From the IMG/VR virus record IMGVR_UViG_3300027963_004416, positions 81,708 through 145,707 of that record: a stretch of DNA of 64,000 nt. One strand, given 5' to 3'. This DNA is from a virus. The notes beneath the pieces were generated by a model. That model worked only from the letters and a program-made list of their open reading frames with translations, was not told the DNA's origin and did no database searches. The stretch's first letter is position 1. Each line of letters begins with the position of its first letter. Below are positions 19,273 through 32,437 of the stretch, in pieces. The position numbers and the translations under genes are program-made.

Positions 19273-21288
19273 ATGACTAAACTTTTAACAAATTATTCAA
19301 AACTACACTTAATAGATCAATTTATAGAGTCTTTTACGGAAAGCTCAAATAATGTTTATTATTTGTTTGTATCAAAACATACTGAATTTAATGATGATAA
19401 TGTACCTCCGGAGCTGTATGATAATACAGAGGTGTTAAAATCTAATTTTTATAAAGAATTAATCTTTGGTAAAAAGATCACCACTTCAGACGTAGCTACA
19501 ATGATACCCAGATATAACTGGACATCAAACACAGTATACAGCCAGTATTCAGATACAGATACCTCTCTATTTTCTAAAAAGTTTTATGTAGTAGTAGACA
19601 ACGGTTCATATTATTACGTTTATAAAGTCCTGGATAATAACTATGGTAGTACATCAACTGTAAGCCCTATTTCTAGCACTTCAGAGACCGCTTGTAATTT
19701 TATTACCACAGCCGATGGGTACATGTGGAAACTCATGTATAAGTTAGATGAAGCTAACTTTGAAAAGTTTGCTACTACTGATTACATGCCTGTAGCTTTT
19801 AGTACTAATGTATCTAGTTCTGCTGTTGCCGGCTCTATAGATAATATACTTGTTACTGATAGCGGGAGCGGGTATGTAAGCACTTTAACCGGTCAATTTC
19901 AATCCGACGATGTTAGAGATACTATACCTTTATTTGCAGGTAATAATACTACTTATAGACTTGTTTCTAATGCAGCCTCTAACAGTAGTTTTTACGTTGG
20001 TAGCGCAATTTATCTTTCTTCTGGTACCGGAGCAGGTGAACAAAGGAATATTCTAGCATACAATTCTAGTAATAGAGTTATAACAATATCCTCGCCCTTC
20101 TCCGCTAGCCCTGATTCTACTACAAGTTATTTTATATATCCAAGTGTAACTATTACAGGGGACGGCTCAGGGGCTACTGCGTATGCTATTGTTTCGTCTA
20201 ATGCTACTGTTAATAATTTTATCTCGTCAGTAAAAATTACTAATCGCGGTTATAACTACACATATGCATCTGCCACTGTTACTGGTAATACTGGCGGCGT
20301 GTCAAATACTGCTTCATTGAGGGTAGTTATGCCACCGGCTGGCGGTCATGGATATAACGCTCCGGAAGAGTTAGGCGCCTCACTCCTTGGGGTCAGTGTA
20401 AAATTAAGCAATACCGAAAATGACTATGTTACTACTGAAAATGATTTCAGAACCTACGGTATTGTAAGAGACATTCTATATGATAATGTTATTTTTACAC
20501 TTAATCAAACTCAAGGTACGTTTACCGGCACGGAAAAAATATACCAAGTAGACTATAAGATATTAACTGGAGTAGTAGCTACAGGAGCTACATCTAATAC
20601 GATCACCGGTACCACTACAGATTTTACTTCATCATTAAAGACGGGCGATGAGGTTATCATATTTGACACAGTGGGTAATGTGCAGTGCTTAAGAACTGTA
20701 ACCGCAATAGCTAATTCAACATCATTATCAGTAAATAGTAATGTTGGCTTTAGCGTTGCTAGTGCTCTTATAGCTCATGCAGCTATAACTGCTAGCGGAA
20801 TCAGGGCAGGAAATACTTTACCGTACATGAACTTATCTAACGTCGAGCCTAAATTCTATACCGGTAGTAAGATTATTGGTAGTGAATCAGGCGCATGGGC
20901 TAATATTTCTGCAATAAATATTAATGATAAGAGTTATAATAGTTGGAATTTTTTTGATAATAGAATAAAGATTAATTACTCTTCTTCGGCTGGTGTAATA
21001 CCTGAAGACTCACTTGTTTATCAGACTAGTATAGCTGATAGTAATGCATATTTCCATAGTAGTAATTCAAGCTTTATATTTCTTACTAATGAAAAAGGCA
21101 CTATAACTGCAAATCCTAATCAACTTCTTTATTCCGGTAACAGTGCAGCAAGTTATACATTAGGATCGACACGATACGAGCCGGATATAGTTGAAAGTTC
21201 GGGTAAAGTTTTATACGTAGAAAATATTCTTCCAGTTACTAGAAGTAATACTCAATCTGAAGTTTTCAGAGTAGTGCTTGATTTCTAA
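19273..21288 (+). CDS. gp8: Baseplate wedge subunit gp8-like
   Basis: YYLF...FGKKI....V...IPRYNW.S.TVY..Y, VYKVLDNN, TADGY.WK.MY, F.T.DYMPV, GGHG.N...ELG, NDFR..G, SG.VLYVEN..PVTRS..QSE. Confidence 0.85.
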   Translation: MTKLLTNYSKLHLIDQFIESFTESSNNVYYLFVSKHTEFNDDNVPPELYDNTEVLKSNFYKELIFGKKITTSDVATMIPRYNWTSNTVYSQYSDTDTSLFSKKFYVVVDNGSYYYVYKVLDNNYGSTSTVSPISSTSETACNFITTADGYMWKLMYKLDEANFEKFATTDYMPVAFSTNVSSSAVAGSIDNILVTDSGSGYVSTLTGQFQSDDVRDTIPLFAGNNTTYRLVSNAASNSSFYVGSAIYLSSGTGAGEQRNILAYNSSNRVITISSPFSASPDSTTSYFIYPSVTITGDGSGATAYAIVSSNATVNNFISSVKITNRGYNYTYASATVTGNTGGVSNTASLRVVMPPAGGHGYNAPEELGASLLGVSVKLSNTENDYVTTENDFRTYGIVRDILYDNVIFTLNQTQGTFTGTEKIYQVDYKILTGVVATGATSNTITGTTTDFTSSLKTGDEVIIFDTVGNVQCLRTVTAIANSTSLSVNSNVGFSVASALIAHAAITASGIRAGNTLPYMNLSNVEPKFYTGSKIIGSESGAWANISAININDKSYNSWNFFDNRIKINYSSSAGVIPEDSLVYQTSIADSNAYFHSSNSSFIFLTNEKGTITANPNQLLYSGNSAASYTLGSTRYEPDIVESSGKVLYVENILPVTRSNTQSEVFRVVLDF

Positions 21289-21297
21289 GAGGTAAAA

Positions 21298-24200
21298 ATG
21301 TCAATCGAGACAAATCTTAACACAACCCCGTATTTTGATGATTATAGCGAACAGAAAGACTTTGCAAAGGTTCTTTTTAGGCCTGGTGTAGCTCTTCAAG
21401 CTAGAGAATTAACTCAACTTCAAGATATACTACAGAAGCAAATAGAACGATTTGGTGATCATATCTTCAAGTCTGGTACAGTTATAAGCGGTACTAACTT
21501 TCAGTTTTATGATAGATTAAACTATGTTAAGATTTTAGATGAGCAGGTAGACGGGATGCCTGTTAATCCAGCCGGGTATCAAGGCCTTTTTGTTAAAAAT
21601 AGTTCCAATTTAATTGCTAAGGTAGTTAATTACAAAACCGGTTATCAGTCACGCGATCCAGAAACTAACTATCTCTATTTAAATTATTTAAATTCAAGTA
21701 TCACAGGTAATACACCTTTTTATTCTAATAATGATGTACTTACAGTCTATAATCAAGATTGGAGATTATATGACTTTACCATAACTAATGGTGGTACATC
21801 TATATCAAATAATGACTCAGTACAAATTACTAGCGCGCTTCTAGTAAAATCAAGTAATGTTACTACAGGTGATATCACCCAAGTCGTAGGCACAAATACG
21901 GCTAACGCTACAGTTACTGAAGCAAATTCTATTTTCGGTACTATTACAGTAAACGGTATTACTTATAGTAATAATGACGGCTATAGAATACTTAGAATTA
22001 GACCTATAACCAATGATCTAGCTAACTCATCTGCAAATTCTGCTAAGTGGTCTATTTTACCTAACTATAGTGTTTTACAGGGTAGCAATACAGCTAACGT
22101 AGTAGCGTTGATAGGTACAGGAGCTAAAGCTACCATTACAACAGACGGCTCAGGTATAATATCGGATGTGTCCCTTACTGCGGTGGGCAGTGGCTACGTA
22201 GTCGTACCTCACGTTGGAATTCGTAGTTCAGTAGGAGCAATTAGTTCAGTAAATATTACTGCATTAAATTACGCCGGTCAAGTAACTGTAGCTTCAGATG
22301 CTTACAACGCTAACAGTACTACCCCCGTCGGTACAGCGTATGCATTCGGAGTGACCGAAGGTATTATTTACCAGAAAGGAATGTTCTTAAGAGTTGAGCC
22401 TCAGACTATAATAGTTAATTCTTATAGCTCTAATGTAGATAATGTGACGGTAGGATTTATATCAAACGAAAGTATAGTCAATAGTTCAGCTGATGCGTCT
22501 CTTCTTGACACTGCAACAGGAACATCTAATTTTGCCGCACCAGGTGCGCATCGTTTAAAGCTCACACCTACCTTAGAAGTAATAAACACTTCCAATGCTG
22601 CATCTAATAATTCATTCTTTCCGCTAGTTGATTTTAGAGATGGTCAACCTTACCGTCAGTTTAAAACAACATCTTACTCAGAAATTGCAAAAGAATTCGA
22701 AAGAAGAACGGATGAGACTAATGGTAACTTTGTTATAGATCCTTTTTTAGTATCTTCAACCGATAAAGAAACTTGGAGCAATACTTATTTTGACGTTATA
22801 GTGGAGCCTGGTCTAGCATATATTGATGGGGTACGAGTTGGTACAGAAAGAGCTACTAGACTCAACACAAGAAGAGGTAATGATAGTATCTCTTATACTA
22901 ATCAAACTTTAAGTTTAAACTATGGAAATTTTGTTAATGTAAGAGAGCTAGCAGGGCAGTTTAATTTTAAAACTGGTGATTCGGTAGACCTATACGACAC
23001 AGCTAAAACTTATATAACTACAGGTACTTTTGCTAATTCTACTATTACGCCTGCAGGTAATAAAATAGGTACTGCTAAAGTTAGGTCTCTGGTTTTTGAT
23101 AGCGGCACACCAGGCACTAACACTGCTGTTTATAGAATGTATCTTTTTGATATAAGAGTAGACCAAGGAAAGTCGTTTAAAAATAATGTTAAGAGTATTT
23201 TTTATAACGGGACAGATGATGGCATTGCTGACATCATACTAAGCGATGATCCTGCATCAGGCGCTAATGTAGCATTGTTACGCGATAGTACTTTTAATTC
23301 ATTAGTTTTCCCTGTAGATGATCTAGCAGGTTCAAAAACTGTTTATAGTACAAATAATGTATCCTATAGCTACAGAACATCCGCTCAGTCAAATATAAGC
23401 ACTGTGGCTAGAATTTCGTTAGTATTAACAGGTGGCACTACTAGATTTCCATATGGAAATAATGTAACTCTATCCTCTGTCCAGAGAAGAGATCTAATAA
23501 TTACTCCTATAGTTAATGCTACGTCAAGTAATGTAACTACTAATGTTACTGCAACAAGCTCTAGCAAAACTATTATAGCTACCGGTATAGGTGATCCGTT
23601 CGAAGCCGGTGACTTTATTAAAGTATATAATAACAGTAATACCGCACAGACTATGTTTACTCAGGTTACATCAGTCGATGATGCTTTCACTCTAACTGTA
23701 GCTAATAATTGGGGGTACGGTACAAATACTCAACTATACGCTGCAAGACATTTTCCAGCCAATGTACCTATCCCAATCGAAGATTCAAGAGTTTCGGCTA
23801 ACTTAAACAATACGGGCACTACCCTAACAATTAATTTAAGTAATACTGCCGGGCAGCTTACTTTCAGCTCATCTGCTAATGTATACGTCTCATATAACGC
23901 TAAGGTCACTGGTGCCCAAGAGGTATCTAAGTCAATTAAAAGAGGATTATTAGTAAAGCTTCGCTTAGCTAATAATGTTGCAACTAATAGAGGACCATGG
24001 TGTTTAGGTATCCCAGATGTTTTTAGACTAAACAAAGTATACATCGGAAATAGTAGTGTTAATACTAATTCTACTAGTATTACTCAATACTTTTATGTTA
24101 ATAATGGTCAACAAAACGACTATTACGGGCACTCACATTTAGTATTAAAAGACAAGAAAAAAATTACATTAGATAATAATAATGATTGGCTATTAGTAGA

Positions 24201-25881
24201 GGTTGACGCTTACGGCCTAACCTCACCTGCAGATGCTGGATACTTCGTGACAGATTCATACACCGTAGATTTCAGCAACGCTACTAGAAGTGCATTGGGT
24301 AATTCAGCTGTTAATCCAGGGGAAATACCAGATTTTAGGGACAGCAAAGGTAAGGTTTATAATATTATTGATGTAGTGGATTTTAGACCTAGAACTACCA
24401 ACACGACGGTTTTAACTAGTACATTAGCAAGTGCTAATGTCAACCCACCCAATACGGTAAATCTTGGCACACATGATAAGCTCTTCCCCCAGCCTGACTC
24501 TTCATTTACATACGACTTTTCTGCATTTATTGGCAGACAGGACAGAGTTGTAATAGACAAAAATAGTAATATTACAGTTATTGAGGGTAGAGCAGATAAA
24601 GTTAACAAACAGCCTCCTAATACACCAGTAGGTACAGTAAGCTTAGCTATTCTAGATATACCGCCGTATCCTACCGTACCAGTAGTACCTAATGATAATG
24701 TAGTAGCTTTAGGTGCTACGAAGGTAGGAGGAGATAGCGGTCCAATATATGATAAGCAAAAAAATTATACAGTAAAAGAAGTAGGGATGACCTTACAGAG
24801 CATTCAGCCAAAAAGATTTACTATGGCTGATATTGGTAAACTTGAACGTAGAATTGAAGATTTAGAATACTATACTAGCCTTAACGAGCTAGAAAAATCA
24901 GTAAAAGATATAAACATTCCTAGTGAGCTGGACCCTGCTAAAAATAGATTTAAAAATGGATTTTTTGTAGATCCGTTTAATGACTATGCTGCTACAGATA
25001 TTAGCAACCCTGAGTTAACATGCGAGATTAACCAGGCAATAAGTCTACTTGTACCTCCGTCAGATAAACTAAACTTAATGTGCAGATTTAATTACAGTAA
25101 TACTAATACATTAGGTAGTCTTAGATCTGAGGACCCTTTAGCTGAACCAGGTCTTAATAATTTTGGTGAATCAGTTTTAATGTTACCACCAAACGGAGTA
25201 TCTGCAATTATTAATCAAGGAAAATTTACTTCTGCCGTGACAGGGACTGGGGGTAATTATGTGTTCGTAGGTGATATGAGTATTAAGCCAAGAAACCTTA
25301 AAGTAGAGCTTAAGGCCGAACTTCGCATTACTCAACGATATGCATCACCTGAACCTCCAAGGAGATTTAAAATTATTTGCGGAGAGCTAGCATCTCAAGG
25401 TAAACTTGATAAGACTCTAAATGAGCTAGATCAAAAGTTTGGATTAATATATCTAAAAAGATACCCTACAAGCTACATGGGATATCTATATTTCGCCTCC
25501 TTTATAGTTGCGGTGTTGAGAAATGAAGACACCCCTGGGTTTGAATTTATAAAAAATAAAGAAAAACAAAAACAGATTAAAAATAAAATTACACAGCTTG
25601 CTATAAAGTATGCCGGTATAGATGACTGGGCTCAATTTATGGGGTGGGTAATGACAGGCGGAAAGGGATATAACTTTACACTAACAGGGGCAGCTGTAAC
25701 AGCCTGGGGTGTACTGTTAGGGTATATTTTAGGTCTTATTTTTAATCCTAAAGCCCCTTTAAACACTTTAAGAGCTTACATAGCGCTGGTTGTGGGTTGG
25801 TCTTTTGCTCCTATAGCTACGATTTGTAAACCTATAGATTACTGCATTAATATTTTTAGAAAATTCAGAGGTAAGAAGTAA
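21298..25881 (+). CDS. Large virion structural protein, VrlC/DUF4815-like, N-terminal part
   Basis: NLN.TPYFDDY...KVLFRPG..LQARELTQLQ.ILQ.QIE.FG.HIFK.G; APGAHRLK; RRT.E.NG; DFRP; RFTMADIGKLE.RI..LEYYTSL..LE; RFKNGFFVDPF. Confidence 0.85.
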   Translation: MSIETNLNTTPYFDDYSEQKDFAKVLFRPGVALQARELTQLQDILQKQIERFGDHIFKSGTVISGTNFQFYDRLNYVKILDEQVDGMPVNPAGYQGLFVKNSSNLIAKVVNYKTGYQSRDPETNYLYLNYLNSSITGNTPFYSNNDVLTVYNQDWRLYDFTITNGGTSISNNDSVQITSALLVKSSNVTTGDITQVVGTNTANATVTEANSIFGTITVNGITYSNNDGYRILRIRPITNDLANSSANSAKWSILPNYSVLQGSNTANVVALIGTGAKATITTDGSGIISDVSLTAVGSGYVVVPHVGIRSSVGAISSVNITALNYAGQVTVASDAYNANSTTPVGTAYAFGVTEGIIYQKGMFLRVEPQTIIVNSYSSNVDNVTVGFISNESIVNSSADASLLDTATGTSNFAAPGAHRLKLTPTLEVINTSNAASNNSFFPLVDFRDGQPYRQFKTTSYSEIAKEFERRTDETNGNFVIDPFLVSSTDKETWSNTYFDVIVEPGLAYIDGVRVGTERATRLNTRRGNDSISYTNQTLSLNYGNFVNVRELAGQFNFKTGDSVDLYDTAKTYITTGTFANSTITPAGNKIGTAKVRSLVFDSGTPGTNTAVYRMYLFDIRVDQGKSFKNNVKSIFYNGTDDGIADIILSDDPASGANVALLRDSTFNSLVFPVDDLAGSKTVYSTNNVSYSYRTSAQSNISTVARISLVLTGGTTRFPYGNNVTLSSVQRRDLIITPIVNATSSNVTTNVTATSSSKTIIATGIGDPFEAGDFIKVYNNSNTAQTMFTQVTSVDDAFTLTVANNWGYGTNTQLYAARHFPANVPIPIEDSRVSANLNNTGTTLTINLSNTAGQLTFSSSANVYVSYNAKVTGAQEVSKSIKRGLLVKLRLANNVATNRGPWCLGIPDVFRLNKVYIGNSSVNTNSTSITQYFYVNNGQQNDYYGHSHLVLKDKKKITLDNNNDWLLVEVDAYGLTSPADAGYFVTDSYTVDFSNATRSALGNSAVNPGEIPDFRDSKGKVYNIIDVVDFRPRTTNTTVLTSTLASANVNPPNTVNLGTHDKLFPQPDSSFTYDFSAFIGRQDRVVIDKNSNITVIEGRADKVNKQPPNTPVGTVSLAILDIPPYPTVPVVPNDNVVALGATKVGGDSGPIYDKQKNYTVKEVGMTLQSIQPKRFTMADIGKLERRIEDLEYYTSLNELEKSVKDINIPSELDPAKNRFKNGFFVDPFNDYAATDISNPELTCEINQAISLLVPPSDKLNLMCRFNYSNTNTLGSLRSEDPLAEPGLNNFGESVLMLPPNGVSAIINQGKFTSAVTGTGGNYVFVGDMSIKPRNLKVELKAELRITQRYASPEPPRRFKIICGELASQGKLDKTLNELDQKFGLIYLKRYPTSYMGYLYFASFIVAVLRNEDTPGFEFIKNKEKQKQIKNKITQLAIKYAGIDDWAQFMGWVMTGGKGYNFTLTGAAVTAWGVLLGYILGLIFNPKAPLNTLRAYIALVVGWSFAPIATICKPIDYCINIFRKFRGKK

Positions 25882-26429
25882 TGACTAATTTTTTAAACAA
25901 TACATCCGCGTTTAAGGTTGCTATACCTGCAGGATCAAATGATCAAGGAATATCATCGAGTATTCTTTCATCTCAACAAATCGCAGGTCAAAGCTTTGAA
26001 GTATATATCTACGGACTAAATATACGAACAGATCTTAATGTTTATATTGATGGTGTTCTTGTTAGCACCAGTAATATCCAGCCTTATACCGGGCAGAAGG
26101 GCGGTAATTTACAGACTGACGGTAATGGTAATGTGAGCTTCTACGTTTATTTTAGTGATCCTGTCCCTAATATTAAAAATGTACCTGAAGCCGACTTTAT
26201 TAATGCTTTAAAAAGAAATACAAAATTATTAAATGTAGTAGTAGTTGACCGGGCAAGTATAAACGGCTCAAGTCTTCCAGATAATTTTAGAACGATTGCA
26301 CGGTGTTATGCCGAGCAAAGTATTAATAGAACATATGAGACCACATTTAATGTTGTTAGAGATGTTATAGATACTAGAACAAATTCAAAAAGTACCACTA
26401 CTCTTGGCTCACAAACTCTACTTACTTAA
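25881..26429 (+). CDS. Virion structural protein, probable middle segment of a split VrlC-like protein
   Basis: GLNIRTDLNVYIDG and LQTDGNG motifs resemble the GL.P.T....FFDG / L.TD..G segment of VrlC-like proteins; translationally coupled to the upstream gene. Confidence 0.55.
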   Translation: MTNFLNNTSAFKVAIPAGSNDQGISSSILSSQQIAGQSFEVYIYGLNIRTDLNVYIDGVLVSTSNIQPYTGQKGGNLQTDGNGNVSFYVYFSDPVPNIKNVPEADFINALKRNTKLLNVVVVDRASINGSSLPDNFRTIARCYAEQSINRTYETTFNVVRDVIDTRTNSKSTTTLGSQTLLT

Positions 26430-26440
26430 TGGAATAAAAA

Positions 26441-28531
26441 ATGGCAATTGCAGCAGATCTAGCTCAAACTTTCTTTTTAGATAGAACCTCCGTAAAGGAT
26501 GCTGAGGTTGTTTTTGTTTCTAATGTTCAACTTTATTTTAGAAACAAACCCTCAATAGCTCAAGGCGGTGTAACTGTTTTTTTATGCCCCACTTATTTTG
26601 AGAATGGATTTGCTGTTCCTGATCTAACAAATTTTGTAACTTATGGCAGAAAAAGATTAGAATATTCCAGCATTCTAACATCAACAGACGGAAGCGCAGC
26701 TACTACCTTTACATTCCCTGTACCAGTACCAGTTAAAACTGATGCAACGTATGCGATGGTAATCAGAATGGACTTTAATGATAATGACTATACATTCTGG
26801 GCTAATAAAACTGGAGAAACATACAATAACGTAGCCAGCCCTGCTGTGACTAAAGGTGCCCTAGATGGTAGATTCTTTGTAATAACTAATGGCACCACAC
26901 TTACACCGCAATCTGATACAGATCTTAAGTTTACTGTTAATTTTCAGAAATTTATAACCAACAGCAATACATATAGCGCAGTTAATAGAAATATGGAATT
27001 TCTTAATGTAGATCCTACGGATATAATTGGGGACTTTATAGGTGGCGAGCTGGTATTTGCAAATACAGGTGCCGTTGCTGCGCAGACTGTAAGTATGTCC
27101 GCTACATCTACTACAATTACCGGTACTGGTACCAGATTTGCTACAGATTTTAATGCCTCTAGTTATATAGTTCTTAAAAGTGGTACAAGCTACTCTATAA
27201 GAGCTGTTGATAGTGTGGTGAATAATACTACAATGATATTGGAAAAAAATCCGCCATTTACAAATTCTTCAGCGCAATATCTAGTAGCACCTGTAGGTAA
27301 ACTATTTAAATATAACCCTGGTGCTAATTCTATTATTTTAGTGGCCTCAACAGCAAATAGTACCTTTAACTTCTACCCTAATACTACCTCAAATACAGTA
27401 GTAGGTGAAGCTTCGAATGCTACGGCTATAGTAAGCGAATTAAATAACTTTTTACTGACTAAATATGAGTCGGCATTTAACATAGTAGTTCCTCCTAATA
27501 CATATTCAACCGTAACCGGTTCAATGGCTAGTGCCACTTATTCGGCGGTGTCCGATGGTGAAATACTTCAAAATAGAGAAAAATGGAAGTTGAATACTAC
27601 TACTCAGTTATTTTCTAGATCAGATGAAGTTGCGAACGGCGCCACGCTTACAAATAATAAATCATTCAATTTTAATATAACATTTAGTAGTGATAATGAG
27701 TTTACCTCGCCCTTCTTAGATGAGGAAGATATGTTCTTCTTCGGCGAGGAATTCCTAATTAATAACGACATAACAGATGAGAATAAACCAAACGGCAACG
27801 CTGTAGCAAGACATATATCAAAAAGAATTACATTAGCTGATGGGCAAGATTCTGAAGATATTCGAGTTTATCTAACTGCCTTTAGACCATCAGGTACCGA
27901 TGTTCATGTATATGTAAGATTCTATAACGAAAGTGATTCGGATGTCTTTACCGATAAAGATTGGACAAGACTCGAACCTAAGAGCCCTGCTACCTTGTTT
28001 AGCTCTGCTGCTGATTTTACTGACTTTATAGAATTAGAATATAGATTACCTGCTTACCCGGTGGAAAATTATACAACCGGTACTAAAGCTGCTGGTACTT
28101 TGCAGGCCGGTAAATTTACCATACCTAATAATTCTCTTACAGTAACTGGCACATCAGGTACTGTTAATACTGGTATATCACAGGGTGATGTTGTTAGAAT
28201 TTATGACCCTCTATTCCCAAACAACTCCCTAGTCGTTCCAGTCTCGGCTTCAACAACTACTAACTTTACTATAGATCTTCAGTCAAATGTAAGCACTTCT
28301 AATACGAAGACTTCTAGCTTCGTCAAGTCTGGAATGATTGTAGAAAAAGTTACGTATAAAAATACTGCATTTAAGAATTATATCGGCAATAACGTTGTTA
28401 GATATTATAATTCTAATCTAGCAGCACTAGATACATATAAGAGCTTTGCCTTTAAAATTATTTTAACCTCTAGCGTCAACAATCTATATCCGTTTGTTGA
28501 TGATATTAGAGGTATCGCAATGAGTATATAA
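26441..28531 (+). CDS. Virion structural protein, C-terminal part of a split VrlC-like protein
   Basis: DLAQTFF...V.LYF..KP, S.DGSAAT.FTFP.PV, DLKF, SP..D, ARHISKRITL..G.D.EDIRVY.TA.RP.GT...VY, FAFKIIL...D.R.IA. Confidence 0.75.
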   Translation: MAIAADLAQTFFLDRTSVKDAEVVFVSNVQLYFRNKPSIAQGGVTVFLCPTYFENGFAVPDLTNFVTYGRKRLEYSSILTSTDGSAATTFTFPVPVPVKTDATYAMVIRMDFNDNDYTFWANKTGETYNNVASPAVTKGALDGRFFVITNGTTLTPQSDTDLKFTVNFQKFITNSNTYSAVNRNMEFLNVDPTDIIGDFIGGELVFANTGAVAAQTVSMSATSTTITGTGTRFATDFNASSYIVLKSGTSYSIRAVDSVVNNTTMILEKNPPFTNSSAQYLVAPVGKLFKYNPGANSIILVASTANSTFNFYPNTTSNTVVGEASNATAIVSELNNFLLTKYESAFNIVVPPNTYSTVTGSMASATYSAVSDGEILQNREKWKLNTTTQLFSRSDEVANGATLTNNKSFNFNITFSSDNEFTSPFLDEEDMFFFGEEFLINNDITDENKPNGNAVARHISKRITLADGQDSEDIRVYLTAFRPSGTDVHVYVRFYNESDSDVFTDKDWTRLEPKSPATLFSSAADFTDFIELEYRLPAYPVENYTTGTKAAGTLQAGKFTIPNNSLTVTGTSGTVNTGISQGDVVRIYDPLFPNNSLVVPVSASTTTNFTIDLQSNVSTSNTKTSSFVKSGMIVEKVTYKNTAFKNYIGNNVVRYYNSNLAALDTYKSFAFKIILTSSVNNLYPFVDDIRGIAMSI

Positions 28532-28743
28532 TGAAAGAATTAAAGATAGAAGGTTTCGCTCGAGATAAACAAAACTATGCACTCCTTAACGTAGATAAAG
28601 CAGGCTATGAGGAATATCGACGTCAACGTAATGAAAGTCAAAGAGTTCATCATATAGAGAGTGAAGTTAAAAGTTTAAAGGATGACATAAGCGAAATAAA
28701 AAATATTTTATTAGCTTTATTAAACGGAAATAAAAATGTCTAG
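28531..28743 (+). CDS. Small coiled-coil virion-associated protein
   Basis: 70 aa, RD....ALLN.D...Y..Y...LKDDISEIKNIL pattern; translationally coupled on both sides. Confidence 0.65.
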   Translation: MKELKIEGFARDKQNYALLNVDKAGYEEYRRQRNESQRVHHIESEVKSLKDDISEIKNILLALLNGNKNV

Positions 28744-30262
28744 ACTAATAGCAAACGTACAAATAGCAACTGACACATTTAATGGATGGGTTACTAAAAC
28801 TAATGAGTTACTAAATTCTCATACTAATGAAATAGTCACTGCATCTAATACCGCAGCTGGCGCTAATACGTACGGTAATGTTAGTGTAATAGGCGTTCTT
28901 TCTGCCAATATCTTAACCACTCCATCTTTATATGGCGGTAATTCTGGTAACGCAGCCACATTAACTACTCTTACTGTTGGTATCAGTAACAGCAGCGCTT
29001 CTTCTAACGTAGTGTTAACAGGCTATACTGCTAATATAACAGCTAACAATATAAACTTACTTTCAAACACAGTATTAAATGCTGCTAACATTTATGCCAA
29101 TTCAGCAGTTTATAGAGCTGTTGCTAATATTGCATTGAGCGGTAATTCAACTACAAACAATGTATTAATAACTGGTAATACGACTGCTACAGCTGTTACT
29201 GTAAATGGTAATACCTCGGGTATAAACACAACCTCATTCTCGATTAATTCAGTTTCAACTATCACAGGTAACACTACATTAAAAGCAAATACTTCAGTTA
29301 CAAACATTACTGTTCTTGGCGGTACAACTTCTAATGTTACACTAACTGGTAATTTAGTAACTATTAGTAGCAACCTTACAGTATCAGCAAACGTAACTTC
29401 TATTACTGGCAATGTTACGTTTGATTCTAATTCACTCTTTATTGACTCTGTTAATGATAGAGTAGGTATTCTAACTACATCACCGAGTTATGCCTTACAT
29501 GTTAAAGGTTCAAATACCTCTACAATGGTTGGTGTTGAGAACTCACAGGATAATACATTATTTACTGTCCTAAGTTCTAATTCAATAACCAGTACCCCTA
29601 GTATAATTGCTAAATCTGGTACAAACACTTCTCTTGTATTTGCATCTAATAATGCCAGTGGTACATCAGGTAAGTTAATTATAGCAGCAAATGGTAATGT
29701 TGGAATTGCAAACGCGACCCCTGATGCATTGGTAACAATAGGTGCAGGTACAAAGGTTTACTCAAATGGCACGTTTCAAACCTCTGGTGATTTGATATGC
29801 TCGGGTGATCTTTATGCTAATATAGTATTCATGGGCGGTACATCACAGGCTACAGTTACTGCTACTGTTTGTCCTATTGTTCCTCCTAACACTACCTACA
29901 GCTCAGCTGAGCCTGGTCCTTATACCTTCCTAGTTTTCTCTAATACAGAACCGCAACGAGTAGATGTCATCGATAAAGCTCAAGGTACTGGATATCAAGC
30001 AGTTAAGTATACTATCCAGGTTCAAGATAATGAAGTGGCTAACGAAGTGTTTATGACTGAAGTCAGTATGATTTATGGATACGGTAACGCACACTCAACT
30101 CAATATGGTACAATATATACTAACTCTGCTTTTGTTGAGGTATCGGTAGGTGCTAATTCTACTTACTACTGGCTACAAGCTGCTCCCACTACCGCTTACT
30201 TAACATCTAAAGGTGGGTCAGCTAACTTACAATTTAGAGGTGTGCGCCAGAAGGCCAGGTAG
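28736..30262 (+). CDS. Asn/Thr/Ser-rich fibre/virion structural protein
   Basis: N-terminal TDTF..W..KTN motif, LFIDSVNDRVGI.T.SP..LHV and NGNVGI fibre motifs, C-terminal Y.AVKY.IQ...TE.....G......QYG.I domain. Confidence 0.75.
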   Translation: MSRLIANVQIATDTFNGWVTKTNELLNSHTNEIVTASNTAAGANTYGNVSVIGVLSANILTTPSLYGGNSGNAATLTTLTVGISNSSASSNVVLTGYTANITANNINLLSNTVLNAANIYANSAVYRAVANIALSGNSTTNNVLITGNTTATAVTVNGNTSGINTTSFSINSVSTITGNTTLKANTSVTNITVLGGTTSNVTLTGNLVTISSNLTVSANVTSITGNVTFDSNSLFIDSVNDRVGILTTSPSYALHVKGSNTSTMVGVENSQDNTLFTVLSSNSITSTPSIIAKSGTNTSLVFASNNASGTSGKLIIAANGNVGIANATPDALVTIGAGTKVYSNGTFQTSGDLICSGDLYANIVFMGGTSQATVTATVCPIVPPNTTYSSAEPGPYTFLVFSNTEPQRVDVIDKAQGTGYQAVKYTIQVQDNEVANEVFMTEVSMIYGYGNAHSTQYGTIYTNSAFVEVSVGANSTYYWLQAAPTTAYLTSKGGSANLQFRGVRQKAR

Positions 30263-30270
30263 TATAAATA
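30263..30270 (+). promoter_or_regulatory. T4-type late promoter TATAAATA
   Basis: Exact consensus in the intergenic gap about 35 nt before ATG 30305; gp33 is encoded in the window. Confidence 0.8.
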
Positions 30271-30304
30271 ATAAAATAATAACAAGTTAGCGGAAGGGAA
30301 GCTA

Positions 30305-32426
<2,122 letters not shown>

Positions 32427-32437
<11 letters not shown>

